From Penicillus capitatus (Eukaryota > Plantae > Chlorophyta): DNA of 64,000 nt. The translations under genes and the position numbers were made by a program. How positions within the stretch are numbered: the first letter of the stretch is position 1; every line of letters begins with the position of its first letter. Below are positions 60,100 to 64,000 of this stretch, piece after piece. The stretch lies in assembly GCA_965649825.1 (NCBI GenBank), contig OZ287707.1:186001-250000 (forward strand), in the 5' to 3' direction. The notes below the pieces were generated by a model, which saw only the letters and a program-made list of their open reading frames with translations, had not been told where the DNA came from and ran no database searches.

Positions 60100-62388
60100 A
60101 TGTTATCCGACAAAATCTCGGATTTTCTGCGGTGCGCCGTAGAGAAAGGATATCCTGAGGATCACGTCGACGAGTGCTTCGATTCTTTTATCGCCTTTTA
60201 CTTTGACGGCGATGTCAACGCGTTCGAAAAGGACATTGATCATAACGGGCCGAAATATTACCGCTTTATGGAGCACAACCACGATCCTAGATTGACGCCA
60301 AGACGGGTCACACCAGCAAAGACCGATACCCGACGTCGAGCATCGCCTTCCCTGCGCGACGCCGAATCTGCGTCTCTTGCGCTGTAGTGACGAAAATGGC
60401 CAATGGCAACAGCAGCTACGACAGCATCTTCCTCGACGAGAGCGAAAAGGCGGACGCACTAGACGCTCTCTTCTCGCCGACGCCATCCGGTTCTTCGCCA
60501 ACTCTGTCGCCAACGCATCACGAGCGTGCTGTTCTGCAGAGGACCTATCCAAGGGGCAACCGCATCGGATCCGAGGTCTGTCCATACCGTCGTCCACCGA
60601 GCGGCTTCTCTATGGCGTGATCGCGTAGAGAATGCCATGAGGGTAGCGACGGTCGAGGAGGAAGAGATGAACGATTTAAAGTTTGCTTTGTGGATGGTCT
60701 TTGGCATTCGGAGTTTCAGATGGAGACAAGAGGAGATCGTGAATTCGGTGCTCGCTGGACACGACACCTTTGTCCTCATGCCAACTGGCGGCGGCAAGAG
60801 TCTCTGCTACCAGGTGAGCACTGTCGTTAACAGGATATGGCTGGACACCATGAAGTTTGCATGTAGTTGCCTGCTGTCCTCTCGCAGGGATTGACGGTTG
60901 TCGTCTCTCCTTTGCTCTCCCTCGTTCAAGACCAAGTGCGTACATTGCTGATGCTCCCGAGCGGCGGCGTGCCAACCACCTACATCAACTCACACCAGAC
61001 AGAGATCGAAAAGAAGAATGTCTACAGGCGCCAAAGCTTGTGGCAGAGAACGGGATGTGACTGATGGATGGCTCTGTTTAGGGAGATAGGAAATGAGGAG
61101 GTCACGTGCAAGTTACTCTATGTCACGCCCGAGCAGCTGACGCTCAATACGACACTGATCAGAATCCTTCAGCGACAGCAGAAAATGCAGAACTTCAGCA
61201 GGATGGTGATCGACGAGGTCGTGGAAGACGGAATGCATATCGGCAACGATCGAAGGATTCTATGCAGGCACACTGTGTGAGCATGTGGGGGCATGATTTT
61301 CGTCCGGCATACGCTGAACTGGGCAACGCAAAAGTGTGACATATCTGATCACACAAATCTCATTATGGCTTGTGTTTTCGGAAGTCTGAAAATTTCCCGG
61401 GTCTGCAAACAGTTGCTCTTACGGCTACGGCAAACGTGAAAGTGAAGAATGATATCATCCAGTGTTTAGATATGCGCTCATCGATACGAGAGTTCCAAGT
61501 AGACAGCCACTCTTCTGTTGGGATCCTCTCGATGACGAGCTCAGATGAGCTTCTACAGAGAGAACCTAAAGTTCGTGGTGATCGAGAAAGGATCTTTCAG
61601 CAAAGGGATCGCCATGCTGGAGAAGTACATCAAGAGCAAGCAGAGAGGAGCATCCGGCATCGTCTATTGCCTCTCGAAGAAAGAGTGCGAAGATGTGACA
61701 CAGTCTGTTCAGAAATGCATCGAGAAGGATATGGATGTGCGATTGCTCTTGTTTAGGTTGCTCAACGGCTCAAAGATTCGTGCAGCACACTATCACGCAG
61801 GGATGAATGCGACCGAGAGGGAAACGGTGCAGAATGCTTGGATGAAAGGCTGTGTAGACGTGGTGGCGGCGACGATCGCTTTCGGCATGGGCATTGATCA
61901 TCCCCGTGTGCGTTTTGTCGTCCACTTTGTCCTGCCCAAGAGTCTAGAGAACTACTATCAAGAGGCAGGGCGTGCCGGGAGAGATGGACTGCGCTCGGAG
62001 TGCATTCTCTTCTACTCAGGCAAAGATGTCGGCCGTCTGAAGTTACTCATAAGAAGAAACAATCCAGATTACAAAAAGGGTAAAGAACAGCCTTTCGTCT
62101 CTGGTCTCACTCTCTCACTCTCTAGGATATGAACTCGTCAATCAGGTGAGAGACTATTGCACCAACGATAAGGATTGTCGTCATAGTTTGCTGTTGAAGT
62201 ATTTGGATGAAGAAATGGATCCCCCCACATGTGTCAGCAATTGTCATGTCTGTTGCAAAGTGCATCAAGGAATGTCAATAAAGGATCAGTGTCCTTGGTC
62301 TATTGTCACAGAGACAGAGATTGCATCAGCCAAAAGACAGGCCCAGAGTCTGAGCACATCTGGCATTGAAGAGGGATCCTCTTATTGA
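60100..62388 (+). CDS. RecQ-family DNA helicase (helicase core + RecQ Zn-binding domain; no winged-helix/HRDC seen)
   Basis: VLMPTGGGKSLCYQ/LPA, LLYVTPE, VIDE/AHCVSMWGHDFRP, ALTATA, SGIVYCLS, ATIAFGMGID, YYQEAGRAGRDG, CRHSLLLKYL..CVSNCHVC. Confidence 0.95.
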
Positions 62389-62928
62389 CGTCTTTCGTCA
62401 AGTCGTCAGAAAATCAAACAGACAATGTATTGGTAGGACCACAAGGAATAACACGGAATTATTTCATGCATATTTGTTTCCTTGAGTGTCAGCGAGATTG
62501 GTTGGCAGCACTCAGGAGATGTCAAGAGTCATCAAAAACTGCCTTTCTAATAAGCTTCCCTCTTCTCTTAAAGGCTCACATCACATTCTCTTTTCGATTG
62601 ACCCATGGCGGATGCAGCGTGCGCCGTTTAGGCGCCCTTTACAGCAAGATGATGTGAATACAGATAGATGGAAAGTGTTTGAGGTCCATGACAGAGATTA
62701 AGTGGAATTGAAAACCAACAAAAACTATGCGGACCAATCGTCAGTCAATCGTGGTTATGTATGTGCCTTCGAACAAAACTACCTTGCTCTCATCCGTTGC
62801 ACAGGAATCACTTCGCTCCGTACAAAACCGGGAATAATCTTGAGGACTGTTATGGTGGTGGTTGAGGAGGAGGAGGAGGCGATGGCAAACATGACGCATC
62901 TGCAATCATGTGCTCGCGACTGCCCTAT

Positions 62929-63940
62929 CTACTGCAACGACACGGGATCTAGATTCATCGATTGCGGTGCTGTTGCTGACGTCGTATCTAAAGACGGGTT
63001 GACGCTTTCCGAAACGGGCCCCGATTGAAGGCCATTATTTTTGGGCGCTGTTCTTCTTCCATGGTGACTCGGCCATCGATCAATGCCATTTCTCCGACAG
63101 GCTCTCTTCAGCGTTGTTGGACAGATACCTAAAGTTGCTGCTGCTTGCTTCAATCCCACGCCAAAATGCTTCTGAAGATCTTGGTACGTCAAGTGTTTTC
63201 CGCTTCCCATCTTCTGACGTCTTTTCTTTCGAAATTTGTTAGACGTCAATGTATGCAGAAGCTCTTCGAGTCTTTCCTTGTCCAATAGTTGATCGTTCTC
63301 CTCTAGCGGAGGAGGAGGTGGCATCGCGTGGAACATGCTGCCTGGATTCATTTGGGCCATTCCGATCAGTCCTGGCACATTCCTTTCTTCCAAATCTACC
63401 ATAGAGCCCAGCGATTCCGCAGGATCACGAAACATTGCCTCTGCAGTGTGCTGCAAAAGGGGCGTGTGCTTGGTCGACGTCACACTTGTCGCCAGAGCGG
63501 ACGTGTGTCCAGGGAACAGGTGTGATTGCTGTAGTCCTACGGCATCTGCACCCAAGAACGCATGGGGGACATCCACAAGGTCCTGCGCCTCGCGTGAGCA
63601 CATGTTGAACACTGGGGACATCTTCTCCCTTTCATCTAACACGTACATTACCCCCAATCACACATTCTCACTCTTTTCTCTCTATGCTCTACCTGGAGCA
63701 GCGAGTCGACTAGGATCGTTTAAGGAAGCTAGAGTATTTGCGCCATTCATCAAATGCGGCTGTGTGACGGCGGCCATTGACATGGGATGCGTGACTTCTG
63801 TTAAGGGATGTGCACTCGCGGGGCTCGGAAAGTACTCATAGCCAACATCGAACGTGTGAAGATCGTTATCAGCTGGCCATTGCTTCAAACCTTCTTCGAT
63901 CTGATCCACATCGACATCGGACGTACAAAGACTCACCGAC
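62929..63940 (-). CDS. RWP-RK domain transcription factor (5' part lies beyond the window)
   Basis: LTYQDLQKHFGVGLKQAAATLGICPTTLKRACRRNGIDRWP; upstream exon begins at an acceptor at about 63940. Confidence 0.9.
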
Positions 63941-64000
63941 TACAGTTCAGAAAAAGGCATCTTCAGATGCAGTGGTGATGTGACAAGTGTGATGTCACAC

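Overview
Compact eukaryotic nuclear DNA (about 50% GC, typical introns 45-60 nt, standard genetic code). It is almost certainly from a green alga (chlorophyte): plastid-targeted genes, PPR, RWP-RK, U-box/WD40, CAX and FAD2 are present. The exact lineage cannot be determined from the sequence. About 35 intron-containing genes are densely packed in 0.5-36 kb and 50-64 kb. They include an RNase Z-like protein, plastid IF3, a PPR protein, UTP5/WDR43, POLE3, DPM1, RPS3 with an intronic box C/D snoRNA, FZR1/Cdh1, an LRR protein, RanBP1, CAX, a glutaredoxin-like protein, PIG-M, XAP5, a TBC protein, U-box-WD40, COQ6, FAD2, MAPR, uS9m, PP2C, a PsaN-like protein, DedA, SecE1, a bZIP, RecQ and an RWP-RK factor. 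Between about 36 and 50 kb lies an accessory island. It holds a locally amplified family of signal-peptide-bearing, cysteine-rich ankyrin-repeat proteins (one divergent type-A gene, three near-identical type-B genes, two relics), a segmental duplication, and decayed TpA-rich mobile-element relics (Mutator-like transposase, possible APE endonuclease). Other notable items are two apparent pseudo-enzymes (RNase Z, TBC), head-to-head gene pairs with only about 30 nt between start codons, and same-strand pairs with 50-90 nt gaps (possible bicistronic loci). Exon structures were assembled by hand from GT/GC-AG signals and the ORF track, so some 5' and 3' ends are approximate. No database searches were run.
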